This document shows positions 22,201-35,903 of a DNA stretch of 64,000 bases, in pieces; within the stretch, counting starts at the first letter, position 1, and each line of letters begins with the position of its first letter. The notes beneath the pieces were generated by a model. The model saw nothing but the letters and a program-made list of their open reading frames with translations, was not told the DNA's origin and ran no database searches. Source of the stretch: Neoechinorhynchus agilis. Lineage: Eukaryota > Animalia > Acanthocephala. The DNA lies in the NCBI GenBank assembly GCA_051530055.1, contig CM121342.1, positions 7,262,691 to 7,326,690 of the forward strand. The letters are read 5' to 3'. The translations under genes were made by a program, and so were the position numbers.

Positions 22201-24290
22201 GGATTTGGGATAAAAAAGGACGAAAGCCTTTAGGGAAATGGGAATCGGGGATTTTGTTCAAAACGAAAGATGAACGGCGGGATTTGGGGTAAAAAAGGAT
22301 GAAAGCCTTTAGGGAAATGGGAATCGGGATTTTGTTCAAAACGAAAGATGAACGGCGGGATTTGGTAAAAAAGGACGAAAGCCTTTAGGGAAATGGGAAT
22401 TTTGTTCAAAACGAAAGATGAACGGCGGGATTTGGGGTAAAAAAGGATGAAAGCCTTTAGGGAAATGGGAATCGGGGATTTTGTTCAAAACGAAAGATGA
22501 ACGGCGGGATTTGGGGTAAAAAAGGACGAAAGCCTTTAGGGAAATGGGAATCGGTGATTTTGTTCAAAACGAAAGATGAACGGCGGGATTTGGGGTAAAA
22601 AAGGATGAAAGCCTTTAGGGAAATGGGAATCGGGGATTTTGTTCAAAACGAAAGATGAACGGCGGGATTTGGGGTAAAAAAGGATGAAAGCCTTTAGGGA
22701 AATGGGAATCTACAATGGGAATCGGGGATTTTGTTCAAAACGAAAGATGAACGGCGGGATTTGGGGTAAAAAAGGATGAAAGTTTTTAAGGAAATCGGGA
22801 TCGGGGATTTTGTTCAAAACGAAAGATGAACGGCGGGATTTGAGATCAAAAAAGGACGAAAGCCTTTAGGGAAATGGGAATCGGGGATTTTGTTCAAAAC
22901 GAAAGATGAACGGCGGGATTTGGGGTAAAAAAGGATGAAAGCCTTTAGGGAAATGGGAATCGGGGATTTTGTTCAAAACGAAAGATGAACGGCGGGATTT
23001 GGGGTAAAAAAGGACGAAAGCCTTTAGGGAAATGGGAATCGGGGATTTTGTTCAAAACGAAAGATGAACGGCGGGATTTGGGGTAAAAAAGGACGAAAGC
23101 CTTTAGGGAAATGGGAATCGGGATTTTGTTCAAAACGAAAGATGAACGGCGGGATTTGGGATAAAAAAGGACGAAAGCCTTTAGGGAAATGGGAATCGGG
23201 GATTTTGTTCAAAACGAAAGATGAACGGCGGGATTTGGGGTAAAAAAGGATGAAAGCCTTTAGGGAAATGGGAATCGGGGATTTTGTTCAAAACGAAAGA
23301 TGAACGGCGGGATTTGGGGTAAAAAAGGACGAAAGCCTTTAGGGAAATGGGAATCGGGGATTTTGTTCAAAACGAAAGATGAACGGCGGGATTTGGGGTA
23401 AAAAAGGATGAAAGCCTTTAGGGAAATGGGAATCGGGGATTTTGTTCAAAACGAAAGATGAACGGCGGGATTTGGGGTAAAAAAGGACGAAAGCCTTTAG
23501 GGAAATGGGAATTTTGTTCAAAACGAAAGATGAACGGCGGGATTTGGGGTAAAAAAGGATGAAAGCCTTTAGGGAAATGGGAATCTACAATGGGAATTGG
23601 GGATTTTGTTCAAAAAGGAAGATAAACGGCGGGATTTGAGATCAAAAAAGGATGAAAGCCTTTAGGAAAATGGGAATCGGGGATTTTGTTCAAAACGAAA
23701 GATGAACGGCGGGATTTGGGGTAAAAAAGGACGAAAGCCTTTAGGGAAATGGGAATCGGGGATTTATTTCAAAACGAAAGATGAACGGCGGGATTTGGGG
23801 TAAAAAATTACGAAAGCCTTTAGGGAAATGGGAATCGGTGATTTTGTTCAAAACGAAAGATGAACGGCGGGATTTGGGGTAAAAAAGGATGAAAGCCTTT
23901 AGGGAAATGGGAATCGGGGGTTTTGTTCAAAACGAAAGATGAACGGCGGGATTTGGGGTAAAAAAGGATGAAAGCCTTTAGGGAAATGGGAATCTACAAT
24001 GCGAATTGGGGATTTTGTTCAAAAAGGAAGATAAACGGCGGGATTTGAGATCAAAAAAGGATGAAAGCCTTTAAGGAAATGAGAATCTTGTGGAAAAATT
24101 CCGATGGGAATCGGGGATTTTGTTCAAAAAGGAAGATAAACGGCGGGATTTGAGGTCAAAAAAGGATGAAAGCCTTTTGCTGGGAAATGAAAATCTACAA
24201 TGGGAATCGGGGATTTTGTTCAAAACGAAAGATGAACGGCGGGATTTGAGGTCAAAAAAGGATGAAAGTTTTTAAGGAAATCGGGATCGT
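19261..24290. repeat. G-rich satellite, 79-bp unit, ~60+ copies
   Basis: Consensus GGGAAATGGGAATCGGGGATTTTGTTCAAAACGAAAGATGAACGGCGGGATTTGGGGTAAAAAAGGATGAAAGCCTTTA, head to tail with no spacers. Confidence 0.98.
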
Positions 24291-24697
24291 GACGGAATAT
24301 CCTAAGAAAGCGTAAAAGTAAAGGAATTTCAAAACTATTACGTGAAAAAACAGCTTTTTCGAATAAAAATACAATTTGAAAGCCTCGGGCATTCTATGTG
24401 ACCGGAGAGTTGCAGCGAAGCTCAAGGGACGGGCGGCAGATACGTGGGGAGGATCATGCAAAAGAAGTAATCGGAAAATCAACATCCTCATCTTTCAACG
24501 GATCATCATCCATTGAATGAAGAACCTAGAATTTGGGAAGCATTTACCAATATAGTTTAAGTGATTGATCAAAGCACGGAAGGTCTTTAACGTTCCCTGA
24601 CGAAATCTACGGAAGTAATTGGACTCTTTTTTCGATAAAGGATTTTCTTAGATCTTGACGATTATTCCAGCATTTTCCGCATTTATTGGTTTGCTTC

Positions 24698-24709
24698 CAC
24701 GTGACGTCA
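24698..24709. promoter_or_regulatory. Overlapping E-box (CACGTG) and CRE palindrome (TGACGTCA) in the unique spacer between the satellites
   Basis: The sequence CACGTGACGTCA is read directly; function is unverified. Confidence 0.2.
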
Positions 24710-24950
24710 GAAGTGCCTATTAAACGCATTAATTGTGAGACTAATTTAAACGATAATAATCGGCTAATCCCCTCGTTAATTCATTATAAACACCGCTTCT
24801 CGATTGATAAAAAATTTATAAGTCTTTATTAAGCTTACATCTATCGATATTGAAGGATGATTTAAATTAGTAGATTTCGGCACCATTTTTCTTCAATTTC
24901 TTATAAACGTAAAATATTCTGGAAAAATGTTGAAACAAAATTACGTAAGA

Positions 24951-27900
24951 AAATTTTGGACTTTGCATCGGCACAAAAAACTCACTTTGAATTGTTTCTT
25001 TATCAAAAAGCCATCAAAGAGTAAAAAAAGTGACATCTCCAACCTTAAAATTCGAAACATTTGGTGAAATGTCAGCCCTTTGAAATTCCCATTCGATCTG
25101 TGATGCTACTTAAAGTTTTTTCTAAAATTTAAGCTTTCGTATGGATGAGATTGGAAAGGATTCGGGGACTTGTAAATTTCTTATAGGCTGAAAAGACCGT
25201 AAATTCCTTTACCTGAATTGGTAAATTGTTTTCAATTGGTTTATCTCGATTACAAAATCGATCTTACATAAATATTCTTGGGAAATTTTTACGTTTTTCT
25301 TGAGCATTTTAGGAACTCGTTAAAAATCTCTAAAAATTTTGGACTTTGCATCGGCACAAAAAACTCACTTTGAATTGTTTCTTTATCAAAAAGCCTTCAA
25401 AGAATAAAAAAAGTGACGTCTCCAACCTTAAAATTCGAGACATTTGGTGAAATGTCAGCCCTTTGAAATTCCCATTCGATCTGTGATGCTACTTAAAGTT
25501 TTTTCTAAAATTTAAGCGTTCGTATGGATGAGATTGGAAAGGATTCGGGGACTTGTAAATTTCTTATAGGCTGAAAAGACCGTAAATCCCTTTACCTGAA
25601 TTGGTAAATTGTTTTCAAATCGTTTATCTCGATTACAAAATCGATCTTACATAAAAATTCCTGGGAAATTTTTACGTTTTTCTTGAGCATTTTAGGAACT
25701 CGTCAAAAATCTCTAAAAATTTTGGACTTTGCATCGGAACAAAAAACTCACTTTGAATTGTTTCTTTATCAAAAAGCCTTCAAAGAGTAAAAAAAGTGAC
25801 GTCTCCAACCTTAAAATTCGAGACATTTGGTGAAATGTCAGCCCTTTGAAATTCCCATTCGATCTGTAATGCTACTTAGAGTTTTTTCTAAAATTTAAGC
25901 GTTCGTATGGATGAGATTGGAAAGGATTCGGGGACTTGTAAATTTCTTATAGGCTGAAAAGACCGTAAATTCCTTTACCTGAATTGGTAAATTGTTTTCA
26001 ATTGGTTTATCTCATCGATCTTACATAAAAATCCCTGGGAAATTTTGACGTTTTTCTTGAGCATTTTAGGAACTCGTCAAAAATCTCTAAAAATTTTGGA
26101 CTTTGCATCAGCACAAAAAACTCACTTTGAATTGTTTCTTTATCAAAAAGCCTTCAAAGAATAAAAAAAGTGACGTCTCCAACCTTAAAATTCGAGACAT
26201 TTGGTGAAATGTCAGCCCTTTGAAATTCCCATTCGATCTGTAATGCTACTTAGAGTTTTTTCTAAAATTTAAGCGTTCGTATGGATGAAACTACAAAGGA
26301 TTCGGGGACTTGTGAATTTCTTATAGGCTGAAAAGACCGTAAATCCCTTTACCTGAATTGGTAAATTGTTTTCAAGTGGTTTATCTCGATTACAAAATCG
26401 ATCTTACATAAATATTCTTGGGAAATTTTTACGTTTTTCTTGAGCATTTTAGGAACTCGTCAAAAATCTCTAAAAATTTTGGACTTTGCATCGGCACAAA
26501 AAACTCACTTTGAATTGTTTCTTTATCAAAAAGCCTTCAAAGAGTAAAAAAAGTGACGTCTCCAACCTTAAAATTCGAGACATTTGGTGAAATGTCAGCC
26601 CTTTGAAATTCCCATTCGATCTGTGATGCTACTTAAAGTTTTTTCTAAAATTTAAGCTTTCGTATGGATGAGATTGGAAAGGATTCGGGGACTTGTAAAT
26701 TTCTTATAGGCTGAAAAGACCGTAAATCCCTTTACCTGAATTGGTAAATTGTTTTCAAATGGTTTATCTCGATTACAAAATCGATCTTACATAAAAATCC
26801 CTGGGAAATTTTTACGTTTTTCTTGAGCATTTTAGGAACTCGTCAAAAATCTCTAAAAATTTTGGACTTTGCATCGGCACAAAAAACTCACTTTGAATTG
26901 TTTCTTTATCAAAAAGCCTTCAAAGAGTAAAAAAAAGTGACGTCTCCAACCTTAAAATTCGAGACATTTGGTGAAATGTCAGCCCTTTGAAATTCCCATT
27001 CGATCTGTGATGCTACTTAAAGTTTTTTCTAAAATTTAAGCGTTCGTATGGATGAGATTGGAAAGGATTCGGGGACTTGTAAATTTCTTATAGGCTGAAA
27101 AGACCGTAAATCCCTTTACCTGAATTGGTAAATTGTTTTCAAATCGTTTATCTCGATTACAAAATCGATCTTACATAAATATTCTTGGGAAATTTTTACG
27201 TTTTTCTTAAGCATTTTAGGAACTCGTTAAAAATCTCTAAAAATTTTGGACTTTGCATCGGAACAAAAAACTCACTTTGAATTGTTTCTTTATCAAAAAG
27301 CCTTCAAAGAATAAAAAAAAGTGACGTCTCCAACCTTAAAATTCGAGACATTTGGTGAAATGTCAGCCCTTTGAAATTCCCATTCGATCTGTAATGCTAC
27401 TTAGAGTTTTTTCTAAAATTTAAGCGTTCGTATGGATGAAACTACAAAGGATTCGGGGACTTGTGAATTTCTTATAGGCTGAAAAGACCGTAAATCCCTT
27501 TACCTGAATTGGTAAATTGTTTTCAAGTGGTTTATCTCGATTACAAAATCGATCTTACATAAAAATCCCTGGGAAATTTTTACGTTTTTCTTGAGCATTT
27601 TAGGAACTCGTCAAAAATCTCTAAAAATTTTGGACTTTGCATCGGCACAAAAAACTCACTTTGAATTGTTTCTTTATCAAAAAGCCTTCAAAGAGTAAAA
27701 AAAAGTGACGTCTCCAACCTTAAAATTCGAGACATTTGGTGAAATGTCAGCCCTTTGAAATTCCCATTCGATCTGTAATGCTACTTAAAGTTTTTTCTAA
27801 AATTTAAGCTTTCGTATGGATGAGATTGGAAAGGATTCGGGGACTTGTAAATTTCTTATAGGCTGAAAAGACCGTAAATCCCATTACCTGAATTGGTAAA

Positions 27901-30900
27901 TTGTTTTCAAATGGTTTTTCTCGATTACAAAATCGATCTTACATAAATATTCTTGGGAATTTTGACGTTTTTCTTGAGCATTTTTGGAACTCGTTAAAAA
28001 TCTCTAAAAATTTTGGACTTTGCATCTGCACAAAAAACTCACTTTGAATTGTTTCTTTATCAAAAAGCCTTCAAAGAGTAAAAAAAGTGACGTCTCCAAC
28101 CTTAAAATTCGAGACATTTGGTGAAATGTCAGCCCTTTGAAATTCCCATTCGATCTGTGATGCTACTTAAAGTTTTTTCTAAAATTTAAGCTTTCGTATG
28201 GATGAGATTGGAAAGGATTCGGGGACTTGTGAATTTCTTATAGGCTGAAAAGACCGTAAATCCCATTACCTGAATTGGTAAATTGTTTTCAAATCGTTTA
28301 TCTCGATTACAAAATCGATCTTACATAAATATTCTTGGGAAATTTTTACGTTTTTCTTAAGCATTTTAGGAACTCGTTAAAAATCTCTAAAAATTTTGGA
28401 CTTTGCATCGGAACAAAAAACTCACTTTGAATTGTTTCTTTATCAAAATGCCTTCAAAGAATAAAAAAAGTGACGTCTCCAACCTTAAAATTCGAGACAT
28501 TTGGTGAAATGTCAGCCCTTTGAAATTCCCATTCGATCTGTGATGCTACTTAAAGTTTTCTAAAATTTAAGCGTTCGTATGGATGAGATTGGAAAGGATT
28601 CGGGGACTTGTAAATTTCTTATAGGCTGAAAAGACCGTAAATTCCTTTACCTGAATTGGTAAATTGTTTTCAAATTGTTTATCTCGATTACAAAATCGAT
28701 CTTACATAAAAATCCCTGGGAAATTTTTACGCTTTTCTTGAGCATTTTAGGAACTCGTCAAAAATCTCTAAAAATTTTGGACTTTGCATTGGAACAAAAA
28801 ACTCACTTTGAATTGTTTCTTTATCAAAAAGCCTTCAAAGAGTAAAAAAAAGTGACGTCTCCAACCTTAAAATTCGAGACATTTGGTGAAATGTCAGCCC
28901 TTTGAAATTCCCATTCGATCTGTAATGCTACTTAGAGTTTTTTCTAAAATTTAAGCGTTCGTATGGATGAAACTACAAAGGATTCGGGGACTTGTGAATT
29001 TCTTAGAGGCTGAAAAGACCGTAAATCCCTTTACCTGAATTGGTAAATTGTTTTCAAATCGTTTATCTCGATTACAAAATCGATCTTACATAAATATTCT
29101 TGGGAAATTTTTACGTTTTTCTTAAGCATTTTAGGAACTCGTTAAAAATCTCTAAAAATTTTGGACTTTGCATCGGCACAAAAAACTCACTTTGAATTGT
29201 TTCTTTATCAAAAAGCCTTCAAAGAGTAAAAAAGTGACGTCTCCAACCTTAAAATTCGAAACATTTGGTGAAATGTCAGCCCTTTGAAATTCCCATTCGA
29301 TCTGTAATGCTACTTAGAGTTTTTTCTAAAATTTAAGCTTTCGTATGGATGAGATTGGAAAGGATTCGGGGACTTGTGAATTTCTTATAGGCTGAAAAGA
29401 TCGTAAATCCCTTTACCTGAATTGGTAAATTGTTTTCAAATCGTTTATCTCGATTACAAAATCGATCTTACATAAAAATTCCTGGGAAATTTTTACGTTT
29501 TTCTTGAGCATTTTAGGAACTCGTTAAAAATCTCTAAAAATTTTGGACTTTGCATCGGAAAAAAAAGCTCACTTTGAATTGTTTCTTTATCAAAAAGCCT
29601 TCAAAGAATAAAAAAAGTGACGTCTCCAACCTTAAAATTCGAGACATTTGGTGAAATGTCAGCCCTTTGAAATTCCCATTCGATCTGTGATGCTACTTAA
29701 AGTTTTCTAAAATTTAAGCGTTCGTATGGATGAGATTGGAAAGGATTCGGGGACTTGTAAATTTCTTATAGGCTGAAAAGACCGTAAATCCCATTACCTG
29801 AATTGGTAAATTGTTTTCCAATCGTTTATCTCGATTACAAAATCGATCTTACATAAATATTCTTGGGAAATTTTTAAGTTTTTCTTGAGCATGTTTGGAA
29901 CTCGTTAAAAATCTCTAATAATTGTGGACTTTGCATCGGTATAAAAAACTCACTTTGAATTGTTTCTTTATCAAAAAGCCTTCAAAGAATAAAAAAAGTG
30001 ACGTCTCCAACCTTAAAATTCGAGACATTTGGTGAAATGTCAGCCCTTTGAAATTCCCATTCGATCTGTAATGCTACTTAGAGTTTTTTCTAAAATTTAA
30101 GCGTTCGTATGGATGAGATTGGAAAGGATTCGGGGACTTGTGAATTTCTTATAGGCTGAAAAGACCGTAAATCCCATTACCTGAATTGGTAAATTGTTTT
30201 CAAATCGTTTATCTCGATTACAAAATCGATCTTACATAAAAATCCCTGGGAAATTTTTACGTTTTTCTTGAGCATTTTAGGAACTCGTCAAAAATCTCTA
30301 AAAATTTTGGACTTTGCATTGGAACAAAAAACTCACTTTGAATTGTTTCTTTATCAAAAAGCCTTCAAAGAATAAAAAAAGTGACGTCTCCAACCTTAAA
30401 ATTCGAGACATTTGGTGAAATGTCAGCCCTTTGAAATTCCCATTCGATCTGTAATGCTACTTAGAGTTTTTCTAAAATTTAAGCGTTCGTATGGATGAAA
30501 CTACAAAGGATTCGGGGACTTGTGAATTTCTTAGAGGCTGAAAAGACCGTAAATCCCTTTACCTGAATTGGTAAATTGTTTTCAAGTGGTTTATCTCGAT
30601 TACAAAATCGATCTTACATAAAAATCCCTGGGAAATTTTTACGTTTTTCTTGAGCATTTTAGGAACTCGTCAAAAATCTCTAAAAATTTTGGACTTTGCA
30701 TCGGCACAAAAAACTCACTTTGAATTGTTTCTTTATCAAAAAGCCTTCAAAGAGTAAAAAAAGTGACGTCTCCAACCTTAAAATTCGAGACATTTGGTGA
30801 AATGTCAGCCATTTGAAATTCCCATTCGATCTGTGATGCTACTTAAAGTTTTTTCTAAAATTTAAGCGTTCGTATGGATGAAACTACAAAGGATTCGGGG

Positions 30901-32160
30901 ACTTGTGAATTTCTTATAGGCTGAAAAGACCGTAAATCCCTTTACCTGAATTGGTAAATTGTTTTCAAGTGGTTTATCTCGATTACAAAATCGATCTTAC
31001 ATAAAAATCCCTGGGAAATTTTTACGTTTTTCTTGAGCATTTTTTGAACTCGTAAAAATCTCTAAAAAGTTTGGACGTTGCATCGGAACAAAAAACTCAC
31101 TTTGAATTGTTTCTTTATCAAAAAGCCTTCAAAGAATAAAAAAGTGACGTCTTCAACCTTTAGAATTCGAAACATTTTGTGAAATGTCAGCCATTTGAAA
31201 TTCGCATTCGATCTGTGATGCTACTTAAAGTTTTTTCTAAAATTTAAGCTTTCGTATGGATGTGATTGGAAAGGATTCGGGGACTTGTGAATTTCTTATA
31301 GGCTGAAAAGACCGTAAATCCCTTTACCTGAATTGGTAAATTGTTTTCAAATGGTTTTCCTCGATTACAAAATCGATCTTACATAAATATTCTTGGGAAA
31401 TTTTGACATTTTTCTTGGGCATTTTTTGAACTCGTTAAAAATCTCTAAAAATTTTGGACTTGGCATCTACACAAAAAACTCACTTTGAATTGTTTCTTTA
31501 TCAAAATGCCTTCAAAGAGTAAAAAAAGTGACGTCTTCAACCTTTAGAATTCGAAACATTTGGTGAAATGTCAGCCCTTTGAAATTCCCATTCGATCTGT
31601 GATGCTACTTAAAGTTTTTTCTAAAATTTAAGCTTTCGTTTGGATGAGATTGGAAAGGATTCGGTTACTTGTAAATTTCTTATAGGCTGAAAAGACCGTG
31701 GATCCCTTTACCTGAATTGGTAAATTGTTTTCAAATCGTGTATCTCGATTGCAAAATGGATCTTACTAAAATATTCTTGGGAAATTTTGACGTTTTTCTT
31801 GGGCATTTTTTGAACTCGTTAAAAATCTCTCTTTAACTTTGGACTTTGCATCGGAACAAAAAACTCACTTTGAGTTGTTTCTTTATCAAAAAGCCTTCAA
31901 AGAATAAAAAAGTGACGTCTTCAACCTTTAGAATTCGAGACATTTGGTGAAATGTCAGCCATTTGAAGTTCCCATTCGATCTGTGATGCTACTTAGAGTT
32001 TTTTCTAAAATTTAAGCTTTCGTATGGATGAGATTGGAAAGGATTCGGGGACTTGTGAATTTCTTATAGGCTGAAAAGACCGTAAATCCCTTTACCTTAG
32101 TTGGTAAATTTTTTTCAAATGGTTTTCCTCGATAACAAAATCGATCTTCTACAAAAAATC
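24951..32160. repeat. AT-rich satellite, ~380-bp unit, ~19 copies
   Basis: AAAATTTTGGACTTTGCATC recurs about every 380 bp. Units degrade toward 31000-32160. Confidence 0.97.
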
Positions 32161-32296
32161 TTCAAGAATTAATGGCGTGCTTAAAGGAACAGCGCCATAT
32201 TTTGTAAGCCATAATTTCTGCGATGAAAAGCCATTTTCTATGATTTCGGCGCATCCGCATTCTCCTCCTCCTGAGTTTGGCTGCGTATTTCTCGCA

Positions 32297-32823
32297 ATGT
32301 CACACTTCTTGTCTTCAGCAACAACGCGAAGAAGTGCAGAGCGTCTATGTGCGGTAATTGCCTTCTAGTCCGAACCTTTCTTCTTTTTTCAGACAATGGA
32401 TCGAATATGCTGCCCGCCGCTACCGAGAACAGAACGTGGACGACCTTTACAGATCCATAGTAGAGCTTCGACCCTTACATATACTAATGGCCTAACAGCG
32501 GTTATGTTGACCATTTCGTCCGATGAGAGTCATCAAGCCAAAAGTGCTATTTTCGCCAGACACCCAGTTAGACTTCGAGTTGCTAAACTTGACCCGGCTG
32601 CTAGCTACTTGGCTACGGGTGGTTAGTGTGGTTATTTTCGTGAAATCGATTTTAATTGTGTACAAGATGAACGTGGAAAAGTCCGGATTTGGGGCATTGA
32701 GACTGATAATGGCGATCCTCTAAGACCAAAATATGAATACGACGTTCTTGCTTGTCCAATCAATGATCTTGATTGGTCCATTGATGGCGAACGAATCGTG
32801 GTTGGAGGCGAAGGACGAGACAG
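32297..32823 (+). CDS. WDR1: WD-repeat protein 1 / actin-interacting protein 1, 5' exons only (32297-32353, 32393-32621, 32667-32823)
   Basis: The spliced product LPRTERGRP..LTYTNG..VAKLDPAASYLATGDERGKVRIW..PKYEYDVLACPINDLDWSIDGERIVVGGEGRD matches the AIP1/WDR1 N-terminus. The 39- and 45-nt GT-AG introns preserve frame, and a donor follows at 32824. Confidence 0.85.
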
Positions 32824-33195
32824 GTTTGTACCGTTAACGCTTTGTTCATTTTTTTAACAAAAAAACCTCATACCAAAATGGTTCGAATTAATTTCGTTTA
32901 TTTCCTTAGAAACTAATTTGAAAAAACTTTTAATTTATCGAATTTTCCTTTTTAAATGTTGGGTTCTTAAAACCTTTATTAAACCATGAATTTGTAAAAA
33001 GTAAAACCTTTTTATCTCAAAAAAAAGTAAATTATAATCAAAAAAGAAAAGATTTTAAGAAAAAAAACCTATTTTAAATAACTCCAATTTTGTGTTTCTT
33101 TGAACAAAAAGACCAATAAATATTTGGATGGGAGACTTCAACACAAAAAAATTAAACAGTAAGAGTTTTTCGAAAATGTGCAAATTTCCCCACAT

Positions 33196-33400
33196 ACCCT
33201 CTCAAGTGAGAGAAAAGTTCAAAGAAATGTTGTTATTGGCGATTACTGATTGATCATTGCACGACGAAGTCTGCGTTCTTATTAGAAGGAAAATTCTACG
33301 GCCAGACGAACGGAGTGGCAATGGGATCACCGTTAGGACCAGCGATGGCCAACATCTATATGATCGAATATGAGAATCAATCGCAATAAACAGTTCAATA
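33196..33400 (+). mobile_element. RTE 3'-end scrap followed by a PLE RT fragment
   Basis: CTCTCAAGTGAGAGAAAAGTTCAAAGAAATGTTGTT is shared with 47360 and 48320. It is followed by LLIDHCTTKSAFLLEGKFYGQTNGVAMGSPLGPAMANIYMIEYE (PLE RT motif B). Confidence 0.8.
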
Positions 33401-34749
33401 ATAAAGTTCGAGTGTGTAACAATTCGCCATTGAGAATACACATCCCCTCTAAGGAACAATTGGATGGAAAATTGGCGACGAAATCCATTGTAAAGAATCA
33501 TAGAAGGTTCTTCAAACTTTCAGCATTAATTCTTTTTAAAACATTTCTGGCAATTGCCCTTTGAGATTTGTCAATGTGAAATGGCAGATTATGAATCGGA
33601 ATGGAGTTTAAGAATCAACCATTTGTAATATTTCAGAAATTGCTTAACAAATATTTCATGAAGCACAAAAAACTGCGATCACTACAGTTATATTTGTGAC
33701 TAAATTAGCATTTTTGTAGGTTATCGGAAAATGCCATAATTAAATACATTCCTAATTTACATGCATTTCATCCGGGGAGTTGACTAAATTAAGACTTTTA
33801 ACAAAAATTGATGGTTACAAATTTTATTACCCGTTAAAAAGCAAAATACGATAACTTGATATTTATGAAAAAAGGGTTCGTTTCGTCGTGTTAAATCAAC
33901 TTTTTTCTAAATTTCATAGCTCCTGAAAATCATACCTTGTCTATTTTTATACAAAGATCTTTTATATTTATTTTCAAAGTACAGATTTGCAATAAAAGCT
34001 TTTCTTTAATTAAAAAGCATGGGTTTAGTCTTTCTATCGATTTCTTGAAGGTACACATAAACGCTAATACAAGTTTGCTTCATTGTTTTCAAATTTCAAT
34101 TGTTTCTACATCTCATTTAACTCACATTTTCGTCTGCACAGCTCGTTAAGTTCTTAATTCAAATCATGATTGTTTTTCTCATAAGCTTCGATTTTAATCA
34201 TATTGCAAAAGTCCAGCATACAATCGATTGATCGGGAACGCCCATTCTCTGATGACCCTTCTCGTATGAAATTTATGGACGTCGAATCTGAATTAAAAGG
34301 GAAATTTCTGGCGATACGGATTTTCGTGTAGAGCTCGGGTCCGCAACATTCACCAACTTCAATTCATTTCGAGGATTGATCCAAAACAAATACCGATCGA
34401 ACTTTCATTTAATCCAAAGACAGTCAAAGTTCCTTGCATGTTATTCGGTGAATAAATCGGAGTGGAATAAGAACACAGCATTCTAGAGGATAAATAAAAT
34501 GTGAAGTCCGTGGCTGGCTTAAATATGCAAGAAACTCAAACGCACTAAAATCTCAGGACGTGAGAATATTCATAGATGTACGCAATATTAAAATCAACAA
34601 TTTGGCAAGTAATGGCAATGCTAACAAAACTATCTTCGTTTCTTTGCGGGATGCATTCCTTCTTGAGTATTGAGATCTTTTACGGCTTGGTGAAAATCTG
34701 ATTGAAATTTTTGCGTAAATAAAACGCATAACGAATTTATCAATTGTTC

Positions 34750-35330
34750 TAGAAATGTTTTATCGCGTCCTAATCGTTGAGATATCATCTTCAATTGTCA
34801 TCAGAGCGCCCAAAGCCATCTTCGTCGTCAATTTCTGTTCGTCTAGTTTAAATGTCCTTTAATTCCCCTAAATGAAAGGTTTTCCTTCGAATAATTTAAT
34901 CGTTTTAGGTCAATCGCTAAAAGTCTAATTTCACGCATCGATCGTTCGCCCATTAATCTCTGTGAGTGATGTTAATTTTCTTCGAAGACTTTAAGCGTTC
35001 CTAATTCATTAATTGAACCTCACCGGCAGTCTGCATCCTCTTCATCAACAGTTCCAGCGGTTCCCTGTCGAATCTTCCTTAATCTCTTTAAGCTATGATC
35101 ATTATTCTTCATCAATTGAACTTCCACAACCATCTTCATCCTCTTCATCAACAGCCCTTGCGTTTCGTTTTCGAATTTCCTTTAATTTCTGTGAATGATG
35201 ATCCTTCGCCTCGTTTGTGAGCCACCTTTTTCATCTTCATCGAAAATTCCCGCGCTTCGCTTTCGATTTTGCTCAAAGCACTGTGAGTGATCAATTTTTT
35301 CTTCGTCCACTTTAAGCTTTACGAAAGTAT
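34750..35330 (-). pseudogene. Diverged remnant of the acidic cargo-protein family (third paralog)
   Basis: Broken frames RKRSAGIFDEDEKG, RKRNARAVDEEDEDGCGSSIDE and GTAGTVDEEDADC..GSINELG mirror the repeats of 38634-40193. The 3' flank resembles 9290-9320. Confidence 0.6.
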
Positions 35331-35903
35331 AAATGGAACGCCCAGAACCGATATTGAGGATTTGGATCGGGCAGTCTTGCTAAAATGTATTGATTGGTGT
35401 ATATAAAGGACCTAATATCGATTCCATGAAGAAAATCGAATAAAAGCTTGTAAGAATATGATTTTGAAATGACCGGAAATCTCAAATCATTAAGAAAAAT
35501 TCACCTTTTCTGATTCCTTTGTGCTATATTTTTACTAAGACCTTTTATCAAAATCGATGATCGTCCCTGCCGATATCGCAAAAAATATCATTGAATTTTA
35601 TTGACGCTGATAATGAAAATGAATAAATCCTTAAAGAATCCAATGGCTAGTGGATTGATACGTCTGGTATCAAAAATATTTGATACTTTATCATATTAAA
35701 TAAATTTTGGACTAGAAATATTGCAAGATAAAAGTTTATTTTCACCAGTTATTCGAATAAATAAATTGTTTTGGGCAACTACTGTTTATGACCACATAAA
35801 ACTCACGGTGTGTAGTTGTCGATGATGAAAAGAGTGACTCAGTGAGTTTCGCCACACTTTCTATGAGTGTTCACTTTCATCGCTTATAGATCTTCAGACC
35901 AGA

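Noticed and set aside
19261-24290. CRISPR array, or real proteins from the many MNKIPDSHFPKG ORFs
   Set aside because: Units are head to tail with no unique spacers, the context is eukaryotic and no cas genes are present. The ORFs are translations of the 79-bp satellite.
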